Positions 19,138-29,135 of a DNA stretch of 64,000 bases are shown in pieces. Numbering within the stretch: position 1 is the stretch's first letter; every line of letters begins with the position of its first letter. Under the pieces are notes generated by a model. The model ran no database searches. It was not told the DNA's origin and saw nothing but the letters and a program-made list of their open reading frames with translations. A program made the position numbers and the translations under genes. The stretch is from Candidatus Melainabacteria bacterium 17Bon1m (GTDB lineage: Bacteria > Cyanobacteriota > Vampirovibrionia > Obscuribacterales > Obscuribacteraceae): the NCBI GenBank assembly GCA_032128875.1, contig JAVLKG010000010.1, positions 32,001 to 96,000 of the forward strand, in the 5' to 3' direction.

Positions 19138-20952
19138 ATGCTCAACTTCAGCAATTTGAGACTATCGCAGCAAGGACTGATCCTTGTCGGCATTCCTATT
19201 GCGCTGATGCTGACGGTATTGGTCGCGCTGTTTGTGGTTTTTACCGAAGTTGAAAGTCAGGCAGTTAAGTCAGAGCACTCAAAGAAAATCATCGCACGCG
19301 CCAACTCGCTGGTGCGTGAGTATCAGGGCGTCGCCAATCAATTGATGATTTATAAGTACACCAAAGTCGAGAAAGTTCGCCAACGATTTGACGAAAAACT
19401 CACGCAGACAGAACAAAGTTTTGTCGAGTTGCAGGAATTGCTCAAAGACGATCCCGCACAATTGCAGTTGCTTCAAGAACTGAAGGGTGGCGCGGAAAAG
19501 GGCATGGCGATTATGCGCCAGTTTGCCAATAGAATTAAGAACGAAGGCGACATTCACGCGGTCGAAGCAACCGTGACATATCAGCGTTTAATGGCGGCGG
19601 GTTCGCATTTTAGTGAACAGCTCGAAGAGCTGGTTTCGAATGAGGTAAAACGCAACGAAGCCACACTAGCAGAGGAAGAACGCGGCCGCATGATGATGAA
19701 GATTTTCATTGTCGCAGGCGCTGCTTTGGCTGTGGCGGTAGGAACAGGGTTGACTCTTTTATTCACGAAAAACACGACGAGCCGCCTCGGCGCTGTTGTC
19801 GAGAACACTGTTCGATTGAGCAAGAAAGAGCCGCTCAAGCCGATTTTAAAAGGCGAGGATGAGATAGCAACTCTCGATCGTTTCTTCCACCGCATGGCAA
19901 ATGATTTAGCAGAAGCTACGCGCAAAGAGAAACTTATTCTAGACAACGCGATCGACGTCATTTGCTCGCTCGACCCTAAAGGTATGTTCGCCGCCGTTAA
20001 TCCTGCTGCCTTCGACGCATGGGGCTACAAGGAAGAACAGTTGATCGGACACAACTATACGGAATTGATTTCCAGCGAAAACATCCAGGATTTTCGGGAG
20101 ACCTTGGAGCGTATCAAGAGCGAGACAGGAACACTAGCAAATGTCGAAACGCGCGTCATTACAGCTTCCGGCGAGCGGGTCGATGTGCAGTGGTCATTGC
20201 GTTGGTCGGATTCTGAGAACTTGTATTTTTGCGTTGCGCATGATGTTTCCGATAGAAAACGCGTCGAGCAATTGAAGCAAGACTTTGTCGCGATGATCAG
20301 TCACGAACTGCGTACGCCTCTTACTGCCATGCAAGCGATGCTGTCATTGCTCGCCAATGGCTCCTATGGCGACATCAATGAGAGCGGGACGAAACGCATC
20401 AAGGGAGCAAAAACCAGCGTTACGCGCTTGATTATGCTGATTAATGATCTGCTCGACATGGAAAAAATGGAAGCCGGAAAGTTGAGCATGACTTATTCAG
20501 ATGTTGAACTTTCCGAGGTAGTCGAGCGCTCGGTCGACACCATAGAAGGATTTGCCGAAGAGCACGACGTGAAGGTCAAAGTTACGACCAAACCAGTGAC
20601 GGTTCTCGGTGATGCAGATCGCCTGATACAGGTTTTCGTCAACCTGCTGTCCAACGCAGTGAAATATTCGGAAGAAGACGGAACGGTCGAACTAAATATA
20701 GATATAGATGGCGATGAGTGCGAAGTCCAGGTAATCGACCACGGGGACGGGATTCCGCAGGGATTTGAGGAGAAGATCTTCGAAAGGTACGAGCAGGCGC
20801 CCACTGCTGGTGGAAAACGCCGAAAAGGTACCGGGCTGGGGCTTCCAATCTGCAAAGCCATCGTGGAGCAGCATGGCGGGACAATTGGCGTGCGGGCAAC
20901 CCCCGACGGCGGCAGCACTTTCTGGTTTCGCATACCAAAAGTCGGATCGTAA
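19138..20952 (+). CDS. Membrane sensor histidine kinase (CHASE3-like, HAMP, PAS)
   Basis: SHELRTP, NLLSNAVKY, DHGDG, GTGLGL. Paralog of the 15710 kinase and divergent from the 18331 regulator. Confidence 0.95.
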   Translation: MLNFSNLRLSQQGLILVGIPIALMLTVLVALFVVFTEVESQAVKSEHSKKIIARANSLVREYQGVANQLMIYKYTKVEKVRQRFDEKLTQTEQSFVELQELLKDDPAQLQLLQELKGGAEKGMAIMRQFANRIKNEGDIHAVEATVTYQRLMAAGSHFSEQLEELVSNEVKRNEATLAEEERGRMMMKIFIVAGAALAVAVGTGLTLLFTKNTTSRLGAVVENTVRLSKKEPLKPILKGEDEIATLDRFFHRMANDLAEATRKEKLILDNAIDVICSLDPKGMFAAVNPAAFDAWGYKEEQLIGHNYTELISSENIQDFRETLERIKSETGTLANVETRVITASGERVDVQWSLRWSDSENLYFCVAHDVSDRKRVEQLKQDFVAMISHELRTPLTAMQAMLSLLANGSYGDINESGTKRIKGAKTSVTRLIMLINDLLDMEKMEAGKLSMTYSDVELSEVVERSVDTIEGFAEEHDVKVKVTTKPVTVLGDADRLIQVFVNLLSNAVKYSEEDGTVELNIDIDGDECEVQVIDHGDGIPQGFEEKIFERYEQAPTAGGKRRKGTGLGLPICKAIVEQHGGTIGVRATPDGGSTFWFRIPKVGS

Positions 20953-21133
20953 GGGCGATGCCATGCGTCGCCCGGTCTTTCGTGGGGTCGCGTTGCACGC
21001 GACCTAATATTGGCTCTCTGTTCTTTCGTGGGGTCGCGTTGTACGCGACCTGAATATTTGCTCTCTGTTCTTTCGTGGGGTCGCGTTGCACGCGACCTAA
21101 TTATTAAATGGGCGTGTGCAACACGCCCCCACG
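20953..21133. repeat. REP/BIME-like cluster: one palindrome, three tandem ~46-47-bp units and one inverted copy
   Basis: cgtggggtcgcgttg(c/t)acgcgacc three times with a repeated linker (…atattggctctctgttcttt), then gggcgtgtgcaacacgcccccacg. Confidence 0.85.
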
Positions 21134-21312
21134 ATCACATAGGCGCCCGTGGGCGTTTCGGCGTTTTCCAAAGAAATTTCCCGAAGTAAACAATTTGGAT
21201 ACAACTCAGCCGTATTGTGTGTTCACTGACCCCCAGCGAACGGCTCAAACAAATCACAAAGGACTCTCGAGGTATCGAGGTCAGCTTTTATGCGCCGTAA
21301 GGAGAAATCATC

Positions 21313-21975
21313 ATGGCACACGAACTCAACGAATCTTTCAACTCCGCAGAATGCAAAGACAACAGCGCATGCGCCCTCGGCGATTTCGCAATCACCCGCC
21401 AGGACATGCAACTGAAGTTCGACAATCAAGCTAACAATAACAAACTGGAAGATGCAGGCGTGTTGCCGAAGTTTGACCTCATGCTCGCCAACGGCGATGA
21501 CGAACCTATCGAATTGAAGAACCCCTTCAAAGAAGACATCACCACCAAGCAATTGAAGGAAGCCGGCGTCAAAGCCACCCGCAATCTGGAAAGTGATGGC
21601 ACGCACACAACAGTGACCGAAAGAAAAGATGGCGTCAAAGTACACGTCGGCGAAGGTCATGACGTCATGGGCAAGAACGGCAACAAAGTGCACATCGATG
21701 GAACCGTACTCATCGAGCCAAATGGCAAAATCCGTCCCAAAGATAAAACTGGTGATGTTTGGGTTGACGACAAAGGCAGAGAAGTCCTCAAGAAAAACGA
21801 AGATGGCAGCGTAACCATCGACACCGGTGACGGCGGTTTCATCAGACAAGATGGACAAGGCGTCAAAAAAGTCTCCGCAATCAGAAGCCGCGACGGCAAG
21901 ACATTCGAAGAAATCGATACCGATAGCCCGTTGGGTGGTTTGAGACCGAGCGACCTCAGCAAGCCTAGAAAGTAA
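21313..21975 (+). CDS. Hypothetical protein, paralog of 22241
   Basis: AAGGAG RBS. Shared motifs DIT.K..KE.G.KA, VD.KGR…K.NEDG.VT.DTG and PLGG. Confidence 0.85.
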   Translation: MAHELNESFNSAECKDNSACALGDFAITRQDMQLKFDNQANNNKLEDAGVLPKFDLMLANGDDEPIELKNPFKEDITTKQLKEAGVKATRNLESDGTHTTVTERKDGVKVHVGEGHDVMGKNGNKVHIDGTVLIEPNGKIRPKDKTGDVWVDDKGREVLKKNEDGSVTIDTGDGGFIRQDGQGVKKVSAIRSRDGKTFEEIDTDSPLGGLRPSDLSKPRK

Positions 21976-22034
21976 GCAGAGCCGCAAGTCTTGAATCAAT
22001 TAAGCAAAGCAAGTTACAAACCGAATTCCACAAG

Positions 22035-22184
22035 TGTTAGAGCAGAGCATTCGCAGTAGAGAGGCTGCGTAATTCGGAAGAATCTGGGGGCAGAGAATTC
22101 GAATTGACCCATTCAGAAGCAGTATCACCATGAAAAGGAAACCAATGCGGTAATACGCTCTCTGAATGGGTTAATGCTCTAACA
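22035..22184 (+). ncRNA. Putative structured RNA or palindromic element of unknown family
   Basis: 10-bp closing stem tgttagagca/tgctctaaca, a 15-bp stem with one G-U pair, and two further hairpins. Confidence 0.45.
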
Positions 22185-22240
22185 ATAATGCCCGACGCAA
22201 CCGGCGCAAGATTTTCCCCGTGTCACGAAGGACTACGACA

Positions 22241-22957
22241 ATGGCCAACTTTGAAGCTTACGAGTCAGCCGCAGCCGAAGCAAGTAAGGTAGGAACAGCC
22301 AGCCTGAGCGATTATGCAATGGTGCGCAACAGTGCCGCCGCAGCACAATTCGATCGTCAAATGAATGACGCTCTCGTAGGCAACGGATTGCTTCCAGTAC
22401 TAGAATTTGCAGACGGCGCAGGCAAAGAAAGAGAAACTGCCAAAGGCAAAGACGGCAATCCTAGAGAAAAGGACACTGCACCGAAAGCCAACGACGCCGC
22501 GCCAAAAGCTAAGGACATCACCTCGAAAGAGATGAAAGAATCAGGCATCAAAGCAGAGATAGAAGTCGACGGTGAGCGCAAAACCACCCGAGCAAAATAT
22601 CCGGGTGGCATTGACGTCCAGGTCAGCAACGGTGGAAAAATCAAGACCGACGACGGACGCGAAATCACCATCACGAAATCGAACATTGTCTCAGTCAAAC
22701 CCCCTATCCATGAAACAAAGGAAGGTAGCGGCGTCTTTGTCGATGAGAAAGGCAGAGCGATAATGAAAGTCAATGAAGACGGCACCGTGACAGTTGATAC
22801 AGGCAAAGGTTTCTACACTCAAGGTCCCGATGGCATCAAGAAGATCACGGCATTGCGCACGCGCAACGGCAAAGATTTCGAAGTCCTCAACACCGATGAT
22901 CCTCTAGGTGGCATGGCACCACCAGACAACCTCAGTCACTCCAAGCGCAGAAAATAA
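22241..22957 (+). CDS. Hypothetical protein, paralog of 21313
   Basis: AAGGA RBS, and the C-terminal half aligns with the 21313 product. Confidence 0.85.
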   Translation: MANFEAYESAAAEASKVGTASLSDYAMVRNSAAAAQFDRQMNDALVGNGLLPVLEFADGAGKERETAKGKDGNPREKDTAPKANDAAPKAKDITSKEMKESGIKAEIEVDGERKTTRAKYPGGIDVQVSNGGKIKTDDGREITITKSNIVSVKPPIHETKEGSGVFVDEKGRAIMKVNEDGTVTVDTGKGFYTQGPDGIKKITALRTRNGKDFEVLNTDDPLGGMAPPDNLSHSKRRK

Positions 22958-22971
22958 CGGATTGCACAGCA

Positions 22972-24108
22972 ATGACTAATCCATTCGTTTCTAATTCAGC
23001 TTTTGAACCAACACCAGCGCAGCAAAGTTACGAAGAACAACGTCAACAATGTTTCGCCTGGCGTCCAACTCAAGATTATGAATTCATCAATCAAAATCTA
23101 GATGCACGCAACAATGGAAGTTTAGACTCCAGAGTCAACCAGAGTCGGGATGCACAAAAGACTAGCGCAGAGATGACGAGAACTCTCTTCCACGAAGAAG
23201 CTTATCGCCTCTTTTCGAAAATCGAAAAAGCGCAGCCGTATCCGGTGCGCAACGCCTACCACTCGGATGGACAGGTATTCGAATTATCGAAGCTAGAACA
23301 CAACACTGGAAAACATAAAACATCTGATGCAGTTGTTTTTGTATCCAATGTGTTCGATCCCAAAAAACCAGTCAAACTCGTGATTTATAACCACGGGTTG
23401 GAAACAAATGCCAGCGAAGCCTTCAAGCAATCACTGTCGAAACAGATGAGCGGCGCGGATAGCAACACTGTGTTCATCGTCCCTGAGTGGCAAACCAAAC
23501 CAGACAGCCGAGTGAGCCCATCCGATGCAAAATTCCACGAACCGCAATTCTTCAGGAAAATGCTCACTGAGATTATGAGCAAGCCTCCGCCCCTTCGAAA
23601 TTTGACTATCGATAACATTTCAAACATCGGTATCATCACTCACTCCGGCGGCTACAAAGCCGCAATGTCGGAGATGTACAAAAATGGTCTGTACGACAAA
23701 GTGACCAGCTTGACTGTACTCGATTCACTCTACAATCCAATTGCATTCGATCGCTGGATGCAAGACAACATCACGGATCTCGCATATGGGAGGAAACAGC
23801 TTCAGGTAGTTTATACAGATCACCTTTCGGACGAAACCATTGGATTCGCTTTCCGAATCAAGCAAGCATTGCGGCGCCACAAACTGTCAGAGAACAATCT
23901 GTACTTTGATCATGGCACCTCCAAATCAGTCCTCAACTCAGACACATTCTCCAACCACGGCATCGTTTTCAAGAAAAGCGATTTTAAGATCAAGGATGAA
24001 AGTGCGCATGGTTCGATGACACACGTCTATGTGCGCGAGGTTCTTGCCGCGCAGAATAGAAACAATATCAAGCGTTCGAGAGAATTTGCTGCGAATTTCG
24101 CCCAATAG
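22972..24108 (+). CDS. Alpha/beta-hydrolase-fold protein
   Basis: YNHG oxyanion-like motif, THSGGY nucleophile elbow, LDSLY, C-terminal His. Confidence 0.65.
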   Translation: MTNPFVSNSAFEPTPAQQSYEEQRQQCFAWRPTQDYEFINQNLDARNNGSLDSRVNQSRDAQKTSAEMTRTLFHEEAYRLFSKIEKAQPYPVRNAYHSDGQVFELSKLEHNTGKHKTSDAVVFVSNVFDPKKPVKLVIYNHGLETNASEAFKQSLSKQMSGADSNTVFIVPEWQTKPDSRVSPSDAKFHEPQFFRKMLTEIMSKPPPLRNLTIDNISNIGIITHSGGYKAAMSEMYKNGLYDKVTSLTVLDSLYNPIAFDRWMQDNITDLAYGRKQLQVVYTDHLSDETIGFAFRIKQALRRHKLSENNLYFDHGTSKSVLNSDTFSNHGIVFKKSDFKIKDESAHGSMTHVYVREVLAAQNRNNIKRSREFAANFAQ

Positions 24109-24223
24109 CAGTTTTGCCAGACGAGGGACCGTGGATGAGCTCACCGAAAGGTGGGCTTGTTCCTTTTTGGTCACTGTGGCATATTGAGGCGGGATCTTAG
24201 GTAGCTGGCGCAGCTTTGGGCGA

Positions 24224-26308
24224 ATGGCAGAAAGCAAGAGAGACCAGATCGACGACATGACCAAGGAGCTGGCCTCGACGGCGCCGGTTTCTTCCGATGG
24301 TTTTCTAGAGCTAGAGCCGGGGCGCGTACTTCTGGAGAAGTACAGGGTTATCTGCTTGCTCGGGCGGGGCGGCATGGGCAGCGTTTATCGTGTGGAACAC
24401 CTGCAGTTGCAACGGGAATACGCACTTAAGTTTTTACACAAGCAGCAAACCAACGATGCCGCTTGGCGTCGTTTTGAAACAGAAGCCCGCGCCGCTAATA
24501 AACTAGACCATCCAAATCTCGTCAAAGTCCATGATTCCGGGCTTCTGGAAAACGGGCAGCCATATTTCATAATGGACCTTGTGGAAGGCGAAAGCCTCGC
24601 CGATATGTTGAAAGACATAGGGCGTCTTCCAGTCGACAAAGCCCTCAAGATTTTTATTCAGGTTGGCTTTGCCCTTAGTTATGCACATTCCAATGGCGTC
24701 ATTCACCGGGACATCAAACCGAGCAACATCATGATTGCATCTACCGACACGGAAGGTGCTCATAGTGTGCTTGTGAAGGTGGTGGATTTTGGAATCGCAA
24801 AGTTGACTGGTCAAGACGAATTCAATCAGCAAACATTGACGAAGACCGGTGAGATTTTCGGCAGCCCGCTTTACATGAGCCCTGAGCAATGCCTGGGTAT
24901 TTCCATCGACAAGCGATGCGACTTGTATTCTTTAGGTTGCGTGATGTTTGAAGCACTAACTGGCGCACCACCTTTGGTGGGTGAAAATGCGCTCGCAACT
25001 ATGATGAAACACCAATCCGAAATTCCTGTCACTCTCAAGGAAGCTTCGATGGGCATAGAGTTTCCTGAAAAGATGGAATCAATAGTCGCGCAACTTTTAG
25101 AGAAAAAACCAGACAACAGATATCAATCAGCGCAGCACCTTACGGCAGATCTAGTCGGACTAGACTCTGGTCAACACAGTATATTTGAACCATTTCGCCC
25201 GCGCCCAACTCTTACAATTCGAGAGAAGGGACACAACCCTTGGACTTTGATATTTTACGGCTCCTGTTTCTTGGCAGCAGGAACGATTTCAGGATGGGTC
25301 TGTGATGCATTGCGCGCGCCACAAAAGAAAGAAGCACCGGTAAAACTGAACACGTCGAATTTTGTAAATGTTTGGGATCCCGCAACCGAGCAAAGTAAGT
25401 TAGCTTCCAAACAGCGCAACGAATCGGAAGAAGTTATGTTGGCGCTGGAAAAGCAACCAGGATACTTCTCAACATTCGGCTCTCAGCCTGGAGAGCGCAT
25501 CTTCTATTTCCCAGAAGAAGGAATAGGCAACCTTTTCTACAGCAAGAGAAATCGCCCTCCCGCTAGTGGAAAAATGACATTTCGAAACTTCGGAGGACTG
25601 GCTTTAATCCCGTCTGAGCAGTTTCAAAAGCATCCAAAGCTATTTAAGAAATTTCGCGCAGACGATATTAAGTTTCTCGATTTGCAGTCTAGTGCACATT
25701 TGTTGAACCTCAATGAAAAGGATATGTCAGCGGCTAACGATGCACTATTCGGCATCAGCCATTTGACCAGAATCGAAGTAATTGACTTAGGTGACACGAT
25801 CATTACGCCAGAAGGATTAATGCAAGTAGATAAGCTTCCCAATTTGTCCAGGCTGCTTCTGACTCGCATTAATCTTCCGGGCTCTGAAATTGCACGTCTT
25901 CATTGTCTGACGCGTCTCACGTTTTTGAAAGTAGTGAATACGAAGAACATCAAACCGCTTTTACAAAAGCTCCAGCATTCGCGAAAGATGATGTACCTAG
26001 TGCTGACTGGATGCGATCTCGACGCGAACGATTTAAAGTTGGTGGCAAATATCAAAAATCTCAGAAGCTTGGAGATTGCGCAAAACGAGCGCATAACGGA
26101 CGATGCTTTAGCCAACCTTCCTCAAAATCTAGACGATTTAGACATAAGAGGATGTCCCGTCACAAGCAAAGGTGCGATGCACTTGCTTCGATTGAAAAAA
26201 CTGCAGACTTTGCGACTGGACACAAGGGGTTGGTCGAACGCAGAGATGGAGGCATTTAAGAAGCACATTCCACGGACGACATTTTTCGATGGAGAACTCC
26301 AAAGATGA
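24224..26308 (+). CDS. Hanks-type Ser/Thr protein kinase with a TM helix and C-terminal leucine-rich repeats
   Basis: LGRGGMG, ALK, HRDIKPSN, DFG, YMSPEQ, then LxxLxL repeats. Confidence 0.93.
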   Translation: MAESKRDQIDDMTKELASTAPVSSDGFLELEPGRVLLEKYRVICLLGRGGMGSVYRVEHLQLQREYALKFLHKQQTNDAAWRRFETEARAANKLDHPNLVKVHDSGLLENGQPYFIMDLVEGESLADMLKDIGRLPVDKALKIFIQVGFALSYAHSNGVIHRDIKPSNIMIASTDTEGAHSVLVKVVDFGIAKLTGQDEFNQQTLTKTGEIFGSPLYMSPEQCLGISIDKRCDLYSLGCVMFEALTGAPPLVGENALATMMKHQSEIPVTLKEASMGIEFPEKMESIVAQLLEKKPDNRYQSAQHLTADLVGLDSGQHSIFEPFRPRPTLTIREKGHNPWTLIFYGSCFLAAGTISGWVCDALRAPQKKEAPVKLNTSNFVNVWDPATEQSKLASKQRNESEEVMLALEKQPGYFSTFGSQPGERIFYFPEEGIGNLFYSKRNRPPASGKMTFRNFGGLALIPSEQFQKHPKLFKKFRADDIKFLDLQSSAHLLNLNEKDMSAANDALFGISHLTRIEVIDLGDTIITPEGLMQVDKLPNLSRLLLTRINLPGSEIARLHCLTRLTFLKVVNTKNIKPLLQKLQHSRKMMYLVLTGCDLDANDLKLVANIKNLRSLEIAQNERITDDALANLPQNLDDLDIRGCPVTSKGAMHLLRLKKLQTLRLDTRGWSNAEMEAFKKHIPRTTFFDGELQR

Positions 26309-28464
26309 TGCCCATGGATAACGACGCGACAAGGCCACTCAACGATGACGCCAATATAACTAGGTCCGGTTTTGCTGGTGCAGAACCCTCAATCGAATAT
26401 AAAGCAGACGACGTAATACTGGACCGATACAAAGTCATTCGCCTGCTCGGTCGTGGCGGAATGGGCAGTGTCTACGAAGTCGAACACGTAAATTTGCATG
26501 GACGCTATGCGCTGAAATTTTTGCATAAAACTCAGACCAATGATGCGGCATGGAGGCGTTTTGAAATAGAAGCCCGAGCTACAAACAAGCTCGAACATCC
26601 CAATCTCATTAAGGTGCATGACTTCGGCGTTCTGCCTAATGGACAGCCGTACTTCATCATGGATTTGGTCGAAGGGGAAACACTGGCAGACATCTTAAAA
26701 AAGAGAGGAAGGTTGTCTGTTGAGCAGACTATAAAGATGTTCATTCAAGTGGGATTTGCGCTGAGCTATGCTCACAGCAACGGCATCATTCACCGTGATA
26801 TAAAACCGAGCAATATCATAGTTGCGGCCTCGAGTGCCGATCGCACGGAAAGTTTTGGCAACACCGAAGATTCCCTGGTGAAGCTGGTCGATTTTGGCAT
26901 AGCAAAACTGACAGGGCAGGATGGTTTCAACCAGCAAACATTGACGCGAACAGGAGAAATTTTTGGTAGCCCACTCTACATGAGCCCCGAACAATGTCTA
27001 GGCATCGGCGTCGATCATCGCACCGATCTTTATTCACTGGGTTGCGTGATGTTTGAGGCGCTTACAGGATCGCCCCCGCTTGTTGGAGACTCAGCTCTCG
27101 CAACAATGATGAAGCACCAGACTGAAGAGCCCGTCTCCCTAAAAGAAGCATCACTCGGAGTTGTGTTTCCGAAGCGCATAGAGCAAGTTGTAAAACGTTT
27201 GCTAGCCAAGGATCTAAATGCGCGTTATCAATCTGCCGAACTTTTTACCGCGGATCTTGTGGGTTTGGACACCGAACAAAATCTTACGTCCGCCCTAACC
27301 GTTCTGCCAGCACCAATAGTCGAGAAGGAAGGTTGGCACCTCACTAAACCGGTCGGTATAGTCAGCGCTGCAACTTTGTTTGCGATTGGATTTTTCTTTG
27401 GTCTTGCAAATCGGCCAGAGAAAGTTGCGGAGTGGGTTGATGTAAAACCAGACAAACAAAACCATCAATTACCTCCGATTGGAGTATTGCCATCTCCAAA
27501 CTCGAGCATTCCTGCATTACCAGACTCTGATGCAACAAAACAAATCGACAAAGACTTCATTGCAGCAACAAAGATTAACTCGCCGTTTTCCGAGCTAAAG
27601 CCCCACAACACACGGGTATTCAACTTTCCAAACTTCGAGATTGGCGACTACCATGCAGCTGGCAATCCCCAAACAGCGCCACCATGGACAGTGCATGATT
27701 TTCAGGGAATCTATTTCCACCCTAATATAAATTTCCGAAGACACCCTCAATTGTTTTTGCGATTCCGCCCTGATGATATTCGAGCTCTGAATCTTTCCAA
27801 CACAAGAACCTTTCTAAACCTAGTCGCAGACAACCTTTCCGATGCAGATGCACTGCTTCCCTTTATCACCCACCTGAAGACAATCGAGATTCTAGGTGTT
27901 GCTGATTCGGAAATTTCTGCAAAAGGAATGAAGTGCATTGGGCAACTGCCAAATCTCAAGGCATTGAATTTAGAACGCTCAACACTCAATGCGGAAGACC
28001 TCGTAAAAATGAGCAACTTATCGCACCTTTCACTGTTGTCGGTTTATTCGTTGCCTGACGCGCGGCCAATTATCAATGCTTTAAGAACGTCGAAGAATTT
28101 GAACATACTTCGCCTAATTAGCTGCAACGTGGAAGGAAAACAACTGGAGCAGTTAGCTAACTTTCCATCACTGATTGAGTTAGATCTCTCAAAAAATCCG
28201 CTGATCACCGATGCAGAAATGCATCTGATGCCAAAGCACTTGCAGACTCTTTCGCTGATTGGATGCCCGGTTTCGCCTGCCAGCACAAAGCAGCTGGCAG
28301 CAATGAAACAACTGCGTTTTCTTTTCCTGGACATATCCTTATGGAAGCCAGAACAAGTAAACAAACTGCAAGCACTGCTGCCCAAAACAGCAATTCAAAT
28401 TGCAAAGGAAAAGAGACGCACAAACTTCGCGCAAAATACACTAGATTGGGACTCTGAATATTAG
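26305..28464 (+). CDS. Hanks-type Ser/Thr protein kinase with a TM helix and LRRs (tandem paralog)
   Basis: Same motifs and architecture, overlaps the upstream stop codon. Confidence 0.93.
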   Translation: MMPMDNDATRPLNDDANITRSGFAGAEPSIEYKADDVILDRYKVIRLLGRGGMGSVYEVEHVNLHGRYALKFLHKTQTNDAAWRRFEIEARATNKLEHPNLIKVHDFGVLPNGQPYFIMDLVEGETLADILKKRGRLSVEQTIKMFIQVGFALSYAHSNGIIHRDIKPSNIIVAASSADRTESFGNTEDSLVKLVDFGIAKLTGQDGFNQQTLTRTGEIFGSPLYMSPEQCLGIGVDHRTDLYSLGCVMFEALTGSPPLVGDSALATMMKHQTEEPVSLKEASLGVVFPKRIEQVVKRLLAKDLNARYQSAELFTADLVGLDTEQNLTSALTVLPAPIVEKEGWHLTKPVGIVSAATLFAIGFFFGLANRPEKVAEWVDVKPDKQNHQLPPIGVLPSPNSSIPALPDSDATKQIDKDFIAATKINSPFSELKPHNTRVFNFPNFEIGDYHAAGNPQTAPPWTVHDFQGIYFHPNINFRRHPQLFLRFRPDDIRALNLSNTRTFLNLVADNLSDADALLPFITHLKTIEILGVADSEISAKGMKCIGQLPNLKALNLERSTLNAEDLVKMSNLSHLSLLSVYSLPDARPIINALRTSKNLNILRLISCNVEGKQLEQLANFPSLIELDLSKNPLITDAEMHLMPKHLQTLSLIGCPVSPASTKQLAAMKQLRFLFLDISLWKPEQVNKLQALLPKTAIQIAKEKRRTNFAQNTLDWDSEY

Positions 28465-28482
28465 TCCTTTTCTAGACGTAAC

Positions 28483-28911
28483 CTAGTCTTCCGTAACTTG
28501 CGGACGCGTCAACAAATAAAACGAATACACACAAATTGAACTGAAGAAAATCACTGTCGCCGTGGCAACTGTGGTTTCAAAAAGCGCTCGCTGCAAATCG
28601 CCACTGATAAAAGCTTGCAAGAACACAGATGCTAAAGCCAGCGGGATAAAGAGAATTACTTTTTGATAGTGCTCAATCCAAAAGCGAAATTCGCAGGTGT
28701 TATCTCTCTTCTTGCATTCGCAGATATTGCCGTGACGCATGCCGCCGCGAGGCAATAGAGTCAGATATCTTGGTGCAAGCGCAATGGCGAAAGGGGCGCA
28801 GACGATAAACTGCCGCCAGTCTCCGGAGTAAACTCCGTACAAAATCGCACAAATAATTGAGCCTGCTATCCCAATAGAAAGAAAGACTTTGAGGTCGTTT
28901 GATAATTGCAT
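28483..28911 (-). CDS. Small hypothetical membrane protein
   Basis: About four hydrophobic segments. Confidence 0.6.
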   Translation of the reverse strand: MQLSNDLKVFLSIGIAGSIICAILYGVYSGDWRQFIVCAPFAIALAPRYLTLLPRGGMRHGNICECKKRDNTCEFRFWIEHYQKVILFIPLALASVFLQAFISGDLQRALFETTVATATVIFFSSICVYSFYLLTRPQVTED

Positions 28912-29135
28912 CAGGAATCCAAACTAGGCGGGTGCGCAAACCTTACAGCTTTAATGAATTTGCCCCGGTAAAGCCATGCCATATCCCGCGTGATGGCGCT
29001 TCTCAAAGATACTTTACATCCACACAAGCCAGCGGCCAACCCTTCGGGTGGATCATTTAAAACTTCTGTACACCGTGCCAGAATAGGGGGCTTAGTTCTT
29101 TTGCCAATTATCTTCGCCGATTCGGGATATTTAAA

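Noticed and set aside
20981-21098. Possible mini-CRISPR (24-bp repeat with ~22-bp spacers)
   Set aside because: The two spacers are nearly identical to each other, so this is a tandem duplication.
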